From Azolla caroliniana (lineage: Eukaryota > Plantae > Polypodiophyta), in the NCBI GenBank assembly GCA_043228905.1, contig JBHGNT010000002.1, positions 21,514,001 through 21,578,000 of the forward strand: 64,000 nucleotides of DNA, in the 5' to 3' direction. Below are positions 1 through 11,570 of the stretch, piece by piece. Under the pieces are notes generated by a model. The model was given only the letters and a program-made list of their open reading frames with translations. It was not told where the DNA came from and did not search any database. Each line of letters starts with the position of its first letter. Within the stretch, counting starts at the first letter, position 1. Both the position numbers and the translations under genes were made by a program.

Positions 1-652
1 ACTGACTTGTCATTTAATATGACCCAACTCCCTAGGTACAGGCTAGTGCTAGATAATACTTATCTTGAAGTCAATGACGCATACTTCAAGACTAAGTACA
101 TCGTAACTTGCCCACAAAATATTCTAGCTGACTTGATTAGCCAATCCTTTTATCTATTTCTCTCTTTCCTAAATATATTGTGTCCTACGCATCTACGGTT
201 TCCTAGATTAACACCTTATCGACCCATATGGTCGAGTTGCACACTAGCCGCTCCTCATTTGGGGCGCTATCACAAAATGTGCACTCTAAGAGCACATATG
301 GGGATAGATTTACAACTTGGGGCTGATCATTGATTATATCTAACAGTTTGACCCATAGTTTGTCTATAGGAAAGTTCCTCAACTAGCTCCCCATCAATAG
401 GGGTTGATGAAGTGTTGCTTGGCCTATCAATCTGGGGGTCTAATTCATCTCTATTATGAGGGACTCATCTCTTTTTCCTATTTGTACTATTCTTTTCAAT
501 AGTGCAACGTGTGCACTTATTGTTGGCATAAAAGGCTGATTCCTTTCACTTTGTATCCTAGTGTGAACATGTCTTGAAGTTAGGGCTTGAGTATATAAGC
601 TCAACCATAACATTGTAAGAAGTAGCATCTCGATTTTCTGAGTGTAAGAGAG

Positions 653-656
<4 letters not shown>

Positions 657-708
<52 letters not shown>
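657..708 (+). repeat. (GA)n microsatellite inside the LTR of copia C
   Basis: Uninterrupted AG dinucleotide run. Confidence 0.98.
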
Positions 709-713
<5 letters not shown>

Positions 714-797
714 AAAGAATTTCCATTGAAGCTCCAAACTTGTGTGTCAATCCATTGTTTTCTTCTTTGTTGCATATTTATGTTGTTTGTTGTACGT

Positions 798-1811
798 TGT
801 CGTGAAGATTTTCGGCAATAGTGTGAAAATCCCATAAAACGTACAAAATCGAGTATGAATCACGTAATACAATAATTGTGAAGATAACATTTTTAATATC
901 TAAGTACAAAATGATGGAGGTTTCAAATGCACTTTATTACACGAGAAATAGACAACTAAATGTCAAGATATGAGGGTATAAAGTTTGTGAAAAGAAAAGA
1001 GAAAATTGTGAGATATCCCACATAGGCACGACAAATACGGCTCTCATCATATATAAGGTGGAGCAAAAGATATTATCTTTGTGTCTATGTGTGGAGCATA
1101 GAGAGTTCAAGGTAACTTGAACTTAGAGTGGAGGTGGCTAGCTACTCGAAAAGGGTTTTGGCCAACCAAAACCGGACCGGCGATGGAGCCGGTGATCCGG
1201 CGGCAGCATGCGGCACCGGTATCCGGCGTCGACATCCGGCGGCGGCACCGGTATTCGGCGACGGCATCCGACGACGGTATCCGGCGAACCGGCGACTAGA
1301 TAAAATAAATATATAAAAATATATACATATTTACATATACAAGGAGGGCAAGTATAGATTCAAACCTTGCATCTCCAAGTTAGGAGTCAAATGGCTTACC
1401 ATTAAGCCATGGTATTTAGTTGAAATTATATTTCTATCATTGTACTTTTACATGTAAATTCTCATCCATGAGAGCTAAAATGAGTGACATGGTTAGCATG
1501 CACCACATGTAATACTTAAGTGCCAAATGGCAAACATGCAATTTATGCATGTCTTGTACCCTCACATGCATCATATGCATGAGAGCATCTATAAAAGAGG
1601 GAAGGGGGAGGAGAAAAACACGGTTTTTTTTGTATGAAAATTAAGAGGAAGAAACTCGTTATCAAATCAATTGTGTAATCTCAACTTTTCTCTTTCCCAA
1701 TCTATCTTAAGTACTTTCTCGCCAAAGCTTGTATCGACTCTAAATCCTTCCGGTCCAGAACCCCGGCGGTTCCGCCTCACGATCCGCGCGTAGTGACGGA
1801 TCTTCACGACA
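798..1811 (+). repeat. 5' LTR of the gypsy (1014 bp)
   Basis: TG...CA ends. Direct repeat of 7623-8575 with about 11 substitutions by eye, mostly CpG transitions. TATA-like ctataaaag near 1589. Confidence 0.97.
1350..1417 (-). other. tRNA-derived Pol III promoter-like module (A box and B box) antisense in LTR U3
   Basis: Minus strand reads TGGCTTAATGG-TAAGCC-ATTTGA-CTCCTAA-CTTGG-AGGTG-CAAGG-TTTGAAT-C. A box 1399-1409, B box 1357-1366. The 3' LTR copy has the consensus GGTTCGAATC. Confidence 0.7.
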
Positions 1812-1819
1812 TAATAAAG

Positions 1820-1836
1820 TGGTGAACCCGACGTGA
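1820..1836 (+). promoter_or_regulatory. Primer binding site complementary to the 3' end of tRNA-Trp
   Basis: tggtgaacccgacgtga is the reverse complement of the plant cytosolic tRNA-Trp end ...UCACGUCGGGUUCACCA, recalled from memory. It starts 8 nt after the LTR. Confidence 0.85.
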
Positions 1837-1878
1837 TAGAGGCGGTAGGAAGGATCAAGTCGAGATTAATACTTGGAG

Positions 1879-4066
1879 ATGGCGTCCTCAAGCAGGAGAG
1901 CTCGAAAGGATGATGCTAATCGTCGAGCAAATGATTAGATCTCGGGACAACGACGCGAGCGTGGAGAAGGCTGTCGATCGTGTCGTAGAGCTCGAGGGCC
2001 AATTCGATGGAAGGAACGTTACGAAGTTCCTTGATGCATATAAGAGGGAGATGAATCAAAGGGACGTGTCCGAGGCACGTCAAATCGCAAGCTTCAAGAG
2101 AGTTGTCGCTCGCCAACAACATCCAAAGACGCGTCATCGAGCTTCAAGAAGGAAAGACAACATGGTCCGAATTCGAGAAAACGATACTAGCGGAGTTCGT
2201 GACTGAAGACTCAACGAGGATGACTCGACATGCCCTGATGAAGTGGATAGAGAAGAAGAATAAGAAGATGAGCGTCTCGAGGGTGTACGACGAATTCGAC
2301 CAGATGTTTAGTCGTCTCCCCAATACGGACCAAGTATTGCTTGAAGAGGACAAGACTTTGTACTTCTTGAAGGCCGTGGACATAAAGGATAGACGGGAGT
2401 TGGGGACTCTTCTCGAAGATGATACCCAAGCAAATGGGCTCATAGCGGACTGGATCGCGGTGAAGCGGGCATGCAATAGGCTCGACAAGCGTCGCCAATG
2501 GGTTGATGACACCGACTTGACGGGACCGACTACCACGGAGAAAGCAAGACCGCCGAAAGTAGCTGAGCCGCTGAGACAAAGTAACGTGGAAGGAAAGAAG
2601 ATTAATGACGACATCATTGAAGAGCTAGCGAAGAAGTTCGAGAAGGTCACTCTAGCCAACATGAATCGTCGGGGCCCTAAAGGAAAAGAACCCTTTAGAT
2701 GCGTGTGGTGCGATAGCATGGACCACATGAGAAGGGATTGTGCGAGCCTTCGAGAGGCGATTCGACAAAATATCGTATACATAGAGGACAACATGATCTG
2801 CTCAAGCGAGACTAGAAGACCCCTACGGGTGAATTTCGGAAGAGGAGGAATGAAGAAATCTATGGAGGATGCCGATGCGACTCATGTGGATGCGATGCAC
2901 TATGCTGCGTCGGCCGGAATAAGAGTCGGGAAAGACAAGACTGAAGCTGCTAGAGCGGGAGCAAAGTTTTGGACTTCCGTTCTCGAATATGAGAAGAAGG
3001 GAAAAGTCACATCGAACGAGGTAGAGCTTGCGGACCGAAACGTGCAAAGCATAACCGGGTGGTCGGATCCGGTGGACGACAACACCATACTCGCAGAGGT
3101 GATGTGCGACAACCACGAGGTGTTCGTCGAAGAAAAGAGAAAGAGAATAGAAGAGCAAGGCCCATCTAAAAGACATGAAACAAGGAACGCGAAAAAGAAG
3201 GACGATGTGGAGACGAGTCGACCTTTACAAACGGAGGAACGAGAATCAAGCCGAAAAGGGGAGCCGAGCATACGAGTTGAAGAAACGGTTCGGCCCGTGA
3301 AGGTTGGTGTCGAAGACCCCACTTGGAGGACAAGGACCATACCTACCTATAAGCTAAGGTCGGACATAGAGCAGACGACGGACCTAAAGAAGATTCTCGA
3401 AGAACGAGTTCTTGATAGCCACGTAACTTTGTCCTTGAGGGAATTGCTTGGCATTACGAAGGAGTTCCATGACACGATCGTGGACCTTGTAAAGAGAAAG
3501 AGACAACAATCGGACGAGGAAGAAGAGAAGCCGCAGAAAGCCAAAACGAATGCCATAACGATGGCAAGAGACGAAATCGATGAAGATATGGTGGACAGCC
3601 ACTACACTCGACCTCATTGGGCACGAGCGACAACGGAGACGCCGGTAAAGATCGGGGAGAAGAAAGAGACCGTCGTAGCCTTGATCGACCACGGCTCGGA
3701 GATCAACCTCATGTCAACCGACACAAAAAGGGAAGATGGCCAATCAATACAAACCACGGATGGAAGATTCGCGCGGCAACAAAGTCTACGGAGGACTTGT
3801 ACGGAGCTTGTCCCAATGTCAAAGTCACGATCGGGGATGTGGAGATGGATCAACACTTCTTCGTACAAGAATCGGCGTCGCATCATGTCATCCTAGGGCA
3901 ACCTTATATCACATCATCTCGGATGGAGACCAAAGTGTTCGATAATGGAGCAGCCTTCGCACAAATAAAGAGTCTTGACAACCAAAGATCGGTCCAATTC
4001 CTAACAGTGCGAGCCAATCATGAAAGGAATCGAGATAGTCTCGGAGGCGAATCCTCGGATTTTTAG
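1879..4066 (+). pseudogene. gag: Gypsy gag-protease ORF1, frameshifted
   Basis: ORF pieces 1910-2206, 2103-3896, 3617-4066. CCHC knuckle CVWCDSMDHMRRDC, aspartic protease ALIDHGSEINLMS, VILGQPY. Frameshifts near 1895, 2105 and 3720. Confidence 0.88.
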
Positions 4067-7000
4067 AGCGGACTATTGAAGCATGGGGCACAAATAGTCC
4101 GAGCAATCACAAGACCCCACAAGAAAGAAGAGTGTGTGGATTGCAAGGAGAAGCAACATGTGTCACACCTAGTGGCGCATGTAAACTAGTACTACCCGAC
4201 AAGAAGCACAAGAGCCGGATACAAGAATTCGAGAAGATGCTGAAAGAAGAGAACATAATAGAAGAAGGGGAGTTCGTGACTCATATTATGGAAGAAGCCT
4301 CATTTAACGACACCATCGGCGAAATCGAGGACGTCGTGGACTTGAGCTATCTTCACAACCAATGCGTGATTTCGGTTAACTCCGTCAACATGTACGCTAT
4401 CATCGATGAATACCGTCGTGGCATCTCGATGAAGGAAGCTGACATCAACACGAAATATAAAACGGTGGATAAGAAGATCAAGCCAGTTGCGGTTCCGCTA
4501 CCGGAAGATAGCTGGCAAAAGATGAAGGAAGTCGCTAATGATCCAAGCTTAAGAGATCCGAAGAAGATAGGTCATGACTTCACCAAAGAGACGAAGGGGA
4601 AGCTACAAGTTGGAAAGGAGGATTTCCTTCTCCCTGAAGAGGAGCGAATGTTTTGCGATATGCTTGAGAGACATGGGAAGGCTTTCACATTCTTCCCACG
4701 AGAAATCGGATGCGCCGACCCAAAGGTTATAGAGCCAATGGTGATCTTCACGGTGCCTCATGTGCCTTGGAATTTGAAACCGATACCGGTTCCGAGAGCA
4801 CACCTTCCGAAGCTGATCGAGCTCTTAAAGGAGAAGGTGAGTATGGGAATTCTAGAACCGTCGAATGCTCCTTATTCCAATAGGTGGTTCACGGTGCCGA
4901 AGAAGAATGGATCATTGCGATTCATCCAAGATCTTCAACCCGTCAACAAGGTGACAATTCGAAATGCCGGAATCGGTCCGAGCGTGGACGAATTTGCCGA
5001 AGCGTTTGCGGGCCGGTCCATCTACTCCATTGGCGATCTCTACTCTGGATATGACCAATTCCAATTGGCGATCGACAGTCGGGACATTACAACCATGAGG
5101 ACTCCGATCGGGCTTGTGCGGATGTGTACCTTACCCCAAGGCGCAACGAACTCGGTGGCTCATATGGTGAATGCCATGAATAAAGTCTTGAAGGATTGCA
5201 TTCCGGACATCACGATGCCATTCTTGGATGATATTCCGATAAAAGGATGTTCGGATGAGGAGAAAGATGAATCGAAAGATAAGGAAGGTTGTAGAAAGTT
5301 CGTTGCGGATCATATGAAAGATTGCGAGAAGGTGCTTCAAAGGCTCGAAGATGCGAATTTGACATTTTCGGGAGAAAAATCCGCATTCGGGCAACCGAAG
5401 ATCTTGGTGGTAGGTCACTTGTGTGGAGCATACGGCCGAAAGCCCTCGCCATCCAAAGTAAACGCAATCCAAGACATGAAAGAAGAATGCGAAAACCAAA
5501 CAGAGGTTTGAAGGTTCCTTGGAGCGTGCGCGTTTTATCATATATGGATTCCTCATTACGCTCATGTCGCCGAACCGTTATATGGACTACTAAAGAAAAG
5601 AATAAAGTTCGAATGGCGAGATGAGCACACAGAGGCGATGCGAAGATTAAAGAAACTGCTTCTTGAAGCTCCGACACTAAGGAAGGCCGACTATGCCGAA
5701 GGGAAACCAATTTACGTGACCGTAGATATGAGCCCAACCGGAATCGGGTGGGTCATCAATCAAGAAGGTGAAGATAATGCTCGATATGCCGTCCGGTTCG
5801 GAGCAAAGGTTCTCAGTGAACGGCAACAAAGATATGCCCAAGTCAAGCGGGAACTTTGGGGTATTGTGTCGGCAGTGAAGACGGACAAAGATTACCTGAT
5901 CGGGTCAGAAGTGATAATAGAGACAGATGTTCTCCCAATTCTCGGAATGGTCTCGGGATGTGCGACCCCAGATCTTGCTATGCTAAGGTGGATCGCCTAC
6001 ATCAAGTCTTTAAACCCAGAGATTCGTCACATCGCAGGGAAGAAGAACGCCATGGCTGACATGCTGTCGAGGGCAAGATTTTCAAATGGAAGTAACATGG
6101 TTTCGGAAGATGAAGATGTCGCCCTCAACTTCTTCAAGATGGCTCGATTGTCGGCGGAAGACCAGGACACGCAAACCCTCCACGCCTTCAACGAGAACGA
6201 GTACGAAGGAGAGTGGTTATTCATCGGTAGATTCCTAAGAACATTGACGACCGATGCTTCGTTGACAAAGGAGGAGGCCCTACGAATCCGAAAGAAAGCT
6301 TATCGATACTTCTTGAAGGGAGGATTCCTTTGGCGACATCCAAAAAGAAGGACAGGAATACCACGTCGAGTGGTGGTAAAGAAAGAAGAGCAAGAGACGC
6401 TGATGACCGAATTCCATGAGACTGCTTGGGCAGGTCATAGAGGGACATGGGTGACGTTCGAAAAATTGAAGGAGAAGTACTAGTGGCCAAGCATGTACAA
6501 AGATGTACTCATTTCGTGTCCACATGTGAAACTTGCCAAATATATTCAAATATACGTCATCGTGATGAGTTAAAGCCGACATACCCACTCACCATTCACT
6601 TCAAATGGATGGTGGATCTGGTCTCGATGCCAATGGGAGTGGGACAAATGAAGTACTTAGCGCTCGCAAGGGAAGACTTGACAAATCAAGTGGAAGGACG
6701 AGCCTTGACAAATAAGACGACTTCAGCCGTTTGTAAATTTTTACTTGAAGATGTTGTTTGCCGATATGGATGTGTAGGGAAGATAGTGGCTGACCGAGGG
6801 GAGTTGGACGTGCACGAAGCGACGGAGCTCTTCGAAAGACTAGGCGTGAAGCTCTCCCTCACGACTGCCTACAATCCGGAAGCAAATGGGAAGATCGAGC
6901 GAGGGCATGGACCTATCGTTAAAGCCATCGTACGGGCATGCAACGGTCGAGTCGGGAATTGGCCACGACTATTACCCTATGCCTTGTGGGCCGATAGAAC

Positions 7001-7550
7001 GACACATAGCTCGGTGACAGGGTATATGCCGACGGAGCTTATGGATGGACAAAAGCCGATTATGCCCATCGAAAGGACGATCACCTCATGGGTAGCGATA
7101 CCGTGGGAGAACGAGATGAGCCGAGAAGAGTTATTAGCGGCGCGGATAAGGCAACTTGAAAGAAGACCTGAAGATTTAGAAAAAGCGCGAAAGATGATGA
7201 AGGCAGCCCGAGTAAAGAACAAAGTTCGGTTCGACAACACGCATCGACTTCGTCCTCAGAAGATTGAAGAAGGGGATTGGGTTTTGGTTTACGACAGCAC
7301 CCTTGACAATCAACACAGTACAACAAGGAAGTTCGCAAGAAGATGGTTCGGGCCGTATGTGGTGACAAGTGCCAACGATAATGCCACATACCACCTTGCG
7401 GAACTAGACGGATCAAGGTTGGCCGTACCCATTGCGGGAAAAAGAGTAAAGCTTTTCAAGAAAAGACAAGACAAGGATCCTGACCTCGATTACCTCGACG
7501 ATGAACATAATAGGCAGGATGAAAATGAAGACATGGAGGAATCTAATTGA
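4063..7550 (+). pseudogene. pol: Gypsy pol (RT-RNase H-integrase) in the -1 frame relative to gag-PR
   Basis: RT motifs RFIQDLQPVN, DLYSGYDQ, LPQGATNS, FLDD. RNase H YAQVKRELWGIV, NAMADMLSR. INT H...H...CETC, WMVDLV, YNPEANGKIERGH. Stops at 5509 and 6481, frameshift near 6505. No chromodomain. Confidence 0.92.
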
Positions 7551-7622
7551 TCATCGTAGCCAAAATCTCACATCTTCTCTTCTTGGCACGTACCGGAGGA
7601 CGTGCGGTTTGGTGGGGGTGGA

Positions 7623-8575
7623 TGTCGTGAAGATTTTCGGCAATAGTGTGAAAATCCCATAAAACGTACAAAATCGAGTATGAATCACGTAATACAATAA
7701 TTGTGAAGATAACATTTTTAATATCTAACTACAAAATGATGGAGGTTTCGAATGCACTTTATTACACGAGAAATAGACAACTAAATGTCAAGATATGAGG
7801 GTATAAAGTTTGTGAAAAGAAAAGAGAAAATTGTGAGATATCCCACATAGGCACGACAAATACGGCTCTCATCATATATAAGGTGGAGCAAAAGATATTA
7901 TCTTTGTGTCTATGTGTGGAGCATAGAGAGTTCAAGGTAACTTGAACTTAGAGTGGAGGTGGCTAGCTACTCGAAAAGGGTTTTGGCCAACCAAAACCGG
8001 ACTGGCGATGGAGCCGGTGATCCGGCGGCAGCATGCGGCACCGGTATCCGGCGTCGGCATCCGGCGGCAGCACCGGTATTCGGCGACGGCATCCGACGAC
8101 GGTATCCGGCGAACCGACGACTAGATAAAATAAATATATAAAAATATATACATATTTACATATACAAGGAGGGAAAGTATAGATTCGAACCTTGCACCTC
8201 CAAGTTAGGAGTCAAATGGCTTACCATTAAGCCATGGTATTTAGTTGAAATTATATTTCTATCATTGTACTTTTACATGTAAATTCTCATCCATGAGAGC
8301 TAAAATGAGTGACATGGTTAGCATGCACCACATGTAATACTTAAGCGCCAAATGGCAAACATGCAATTTATGCATGTCTTGTACCCTCACATGCATCATA
8401 TGCATGAGAGCATCTCAACTCGTTATCAAATCAATTGTGTAATCTCAACTTCTCTCTTTCCCAATCTATCTTAAGTACTTTCTCGCCAAAGCTTGTATCG
8501 ACTCTAAATCCTTCCGGTCCAGAACCCCGGCGGTTCCGCCTCACGATCCGCGCGTAGTGACGGATCTTCACGACA
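7623..8575 (+). repeat. 3' LTR of the gypsy (953 bp, 61 bp shorter, TATA segment missing)
   Basis: Follows the PPT. Matches the 5' LTR except for loss of ataaaagagg...gaggaaga near 8416. Confidence 0.97.
8175..8242 (-). other. tRNA-derived A/B-box module in the 3' LTR
   Basis: Minus strand A box TGGCTTAATGG (8224-8234), B box GGTTCGAATC (8182-8191). Confidence 0.72.
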
Positions 8576-8636
8576 ACGCATATACTTGTAGGTCCTCATA
8601 CTTCCGTGTATTCAATCGAACACCTAATCCTTCAAC

Positions 8637-8648
8637 TGGTATCAGAGC
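8637..8648 (+). promoter_or_regulatory. PBS (tRNA-iMet) of copia C
   Basis: tggtatcagagc, 2 nt after the LTR end cttca. Confidence 0.9.
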
Positions 8649-9929
8649 AAGGTTGTTGTTCAACAACGAGGAATAACAGAAAAGGTAAGAGAAGAAGCTA
8701 TTCGGCTGAAAGAAAAGACTAGGTCAGTTAAATCTCACTTCAAAAAGAACATGGCTTCAACATCCAGTACACGAGTTGAGATTGGGAAGTTTGATGGTAA
8801 AAATTTTGTCTATGGAGGGAGATGATGCAGGATGTGCTGATCATCCGATGTCAAATCAAGGCAATATGACACACCAACAAGCCAACCTCGATGATAGTAG
8901 AAGAATGGCGCTCATTGGATGAAATATCCAGGTCAACCAATCGTATGCACGTGGCCGAAAACGTCTATCTTAATATGGCCAAGGAGAAGGAGACGACAAC
9001 ATTCTCATTGTGGGAGAAGTTACAGGATGTATACGAAAAAAATCCTCCTCATTGATACTCATATATATTCGACAATTGTTCAATATGAAGATGAGAGAGT
9101 AGGATCCAACAACCTCCCACATCAACACCTTCAGCCATGTGTTATCTGAACTCTACTCCCAAGGGATCAACTTCAAAGAAGAAGTGAAAGCCCTTGCCCT
9201 CCTATCGAGGTTGTCGACGAGTTGGGAGGTATTCTGCACGACTTTTGCTAATAGTTGTCCAAATCTAAACTTAGATGAGACAATAGGGCAAGTCCTCATC
9301 GAGGACATTTGGTGAAAATTGATGGCACTCACCATTGACGAGTCGACAAAAACCCAACACTAGACTGAGTCGATCAATCGATCCAATTGATCTAGAGACC
9401 TAGCCAACAAAACCGGTCGAAACACTAGTTGATCCAGAAAGAGGGGAGTCTGACAACAGTCGAAGTTAAGAAATAGTCGACTAGGTGATTTCTACACTCA
9501 TTGTGGAAAAGCTAGTCACAATGTTTTCGACTATTGGTTGATCAAGAGGAAAGAGAGCGGTCGACAATCTGAGCAAAATCCAAGACGATCAGACTCGAAC
9601 CGTTCTCCAGTCGGCAACCAAATCAATGTTGTTGACTCCCGATCAGGAGAAATCATCTCTCTGGAGGACTCAATGATCGTTGAAGTCCTCTATAGTGCAT
9701 AAGATGCACATAGGTGGTTACTAGACTCCAAAGCCACATTTCACATGACCCCAAACATCAAATGGTTCTCGAACTATTCGGCTGATGCCGGCGGCATAGA
9801 CCGACTAGGAAATGTGCAAGAATGCAGAATTGTAGGAATTGGCGAAGTACCAATCTGATTGTCAAATGGCAATACAATCACCCTGCACCAAGTCCGGTAT
9901 GTACCCGCATTGAAAAGGAGTCTAGTCTC

Positions 9930-10563
9930 TATGAAAGTGTTTTTAGAATTCAAGGTATTGAACTCTACAAGAATATAAGGTATGGAGCATTCACATCCGG
10001 AGGGCAAGAACACGAACCAAGGTGTTGAGGATAAGTCAAACAAAAAGCAAGACACGTGGAGAAAAGTAAAAGAAGAAAAAAGCGGGCCACCAAAACACAG
10101 TCTACAACGAACGCTCATAACTCATTCGTATGGATGCCAAATATAATGTTCAAAGGGTTAAACAAATTATGAAGAGAGCTATCCGTACCTTTTTAAAGCT
10201 CTAAATTTGGAGCTTGGATGAGGGAGATATGATGATTAGAAGATCTCTGTGTCATAACTAAGAATGGGAGATGGAAAAGCTCTAAAAAAAGCGTGGAAAA
10301 GAAAGCAAGGGAAACTTATCTAGTGGAAGAGAACTTTATATAAAGCAAAAAGAGTAAGGTGGTAGGGGAGTCTACTTCTTATGGTGTTTTTTCTTGCCTA
10401 TTCATGTAGTGTGGTTGTGTTGTTATCCATATATCTTTGTAGACTTGGATTTATGTATCTTCTTTCTCTCTTCCTTCCATCATGATTATTCATTATCAAT
10501 AGCTCTTTGTGGTTTTGGATCTATATATCTTCCTTCTCTCTTCTTTCTATCATCTCTCTATCA
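9930..10563 (+). mobile_element. Solo LTR inserted in the protease region of copia C
   Basis: Flanked by gtctc (9925-9929 and 10564-10568), ends ...tatca, TATATAAA near 10337. Removing it restores VRYVPALKRSLVS-IGLLTEDG. Confidence 0.7.
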
Positions 10564-11570
10564 GTCTCCATTGGCCTGCTAACCGAAGATGGATGATCAA
10601 TTGAGGAAATTTGAAGATCGGAAACGAACATAAGTACAATAACTTGTATCCAATAATGGCGATCAATCTAATGTAGCCGTATCGACTAAACCGAAGCTAT
10701 GGCATGGCCGACTCGGCCATATGTCGCAAGTCAAACTTGATCGGCTAATGGCGGTTAACTAAATCCTGAAACTTTAGAATAAGACAAAATTTTGTGAGCA
10801 TTGTCGATATGGGAAACAGACCCGAAGTCCACACTCTCTCCACTATGAGACGGTACGACAACCCCTAGAGCTCGTGCATACGGATATATTTGGGCCTATG
10901 CATGAGCGATCATTAGGAGGCATTGGGTACATCATCACCTTTGTTGATTTTTGTACATGGAAGGTTTGTGCCTATTCAATTAGGTTCAAAGAAGAAACGC
11001 TCGAGATCTTCACTCAATGGTTAGTCGAAGTGGAGAACTGGTCGGGATATAGAGAGAAGACTCTCCGATCTGATAACGGATGTGAATACACCTCGTGAGC
11101 CTTCAAACAATACCTTTCCGACAAAGGGATCGAGCATCAAAAGACCGTTCTATACTGTTGAGAATAGTGTCCACACTAGTAAGTGGACAACTTACTAGGA
11201 CATTTCTATAATTAGTCGAAACGGCATTTTCCCTAGACTAGTTGCTATTTAAACCAACCTTTTGTAACTGAGTAACTGTTGGATGTAATATACAGTTTCT
11301 TGTCTACAACTCTCTCTCTATGTCTGTCTATGTCTGTCTCTGTCTCTGTCTCTCTCTTGTCGCGCGTGCACATACACACACACATAGTCCTTCTGGTGCA
11401 CAGAATCACTCTCGATTCTTTACATGGTATTAGAGCCATGGCAGCTTGATCCAAGACAATCACCTTCATGTGTGTTGTGCTCAAGCTCGAAGAGAATCGG
11501 TTGATCACTGAAGCAAGATTTCTGCACAGCTCGTATCAAGAGTAGAAGAAGTTCGACAATGAACACCTAG

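Larger units (their letters stand above)
798..8575 (+). mobile_element. Full-length Ty3/gypsy LTR retrotransposon without chromodomain (possibly Phygy/Selgy-like), coding-defective
   Basis: LTRs 798-1811 and 7623-8575 with 12-bp terminal inverted repeat tgtcgtgaagat...atcttcacgaca. PBS 1820-1836, PPT ggtgggggtgga 7611-7622. Flanks acgt (794-797) and acgc (8576-8579) form a 4-bp TSD with one transition. Domain order gag-PR-RT-RH-INT. Confidence 0.97.

Noticed and set aside
1-274. Possible LTR terminus (...gcgctatcaca) and ORF 7-333
   Set aside because: No partner LTR, PBS or TSD is visible in the window, and the ORF has no recognisable motif
653-835. ORFs with SLSLSL or ERERER runs (also 24485-24715 and 25249-25449)
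   Set aside because: Translations of (GA/CT)n microsatellites
1117-1316. Short ORFs duplicated at 7942-8141
   Set aside because: They arise from the stop-poor GC-rich LTR array and are duplicated only because the LTRs are
2144-3886. Long antisense ORFs over gag (similar ones over B, D and F)
   Set aside because: Shadow frames of retroelement coding sequence with no independent motifs
8175-8242. Functional tRNA-Arg(CCT) gene
   Set aside because: Acceptor, anticodon and T stems do not pair, so it is kept only as a tRNA-derived promoter module
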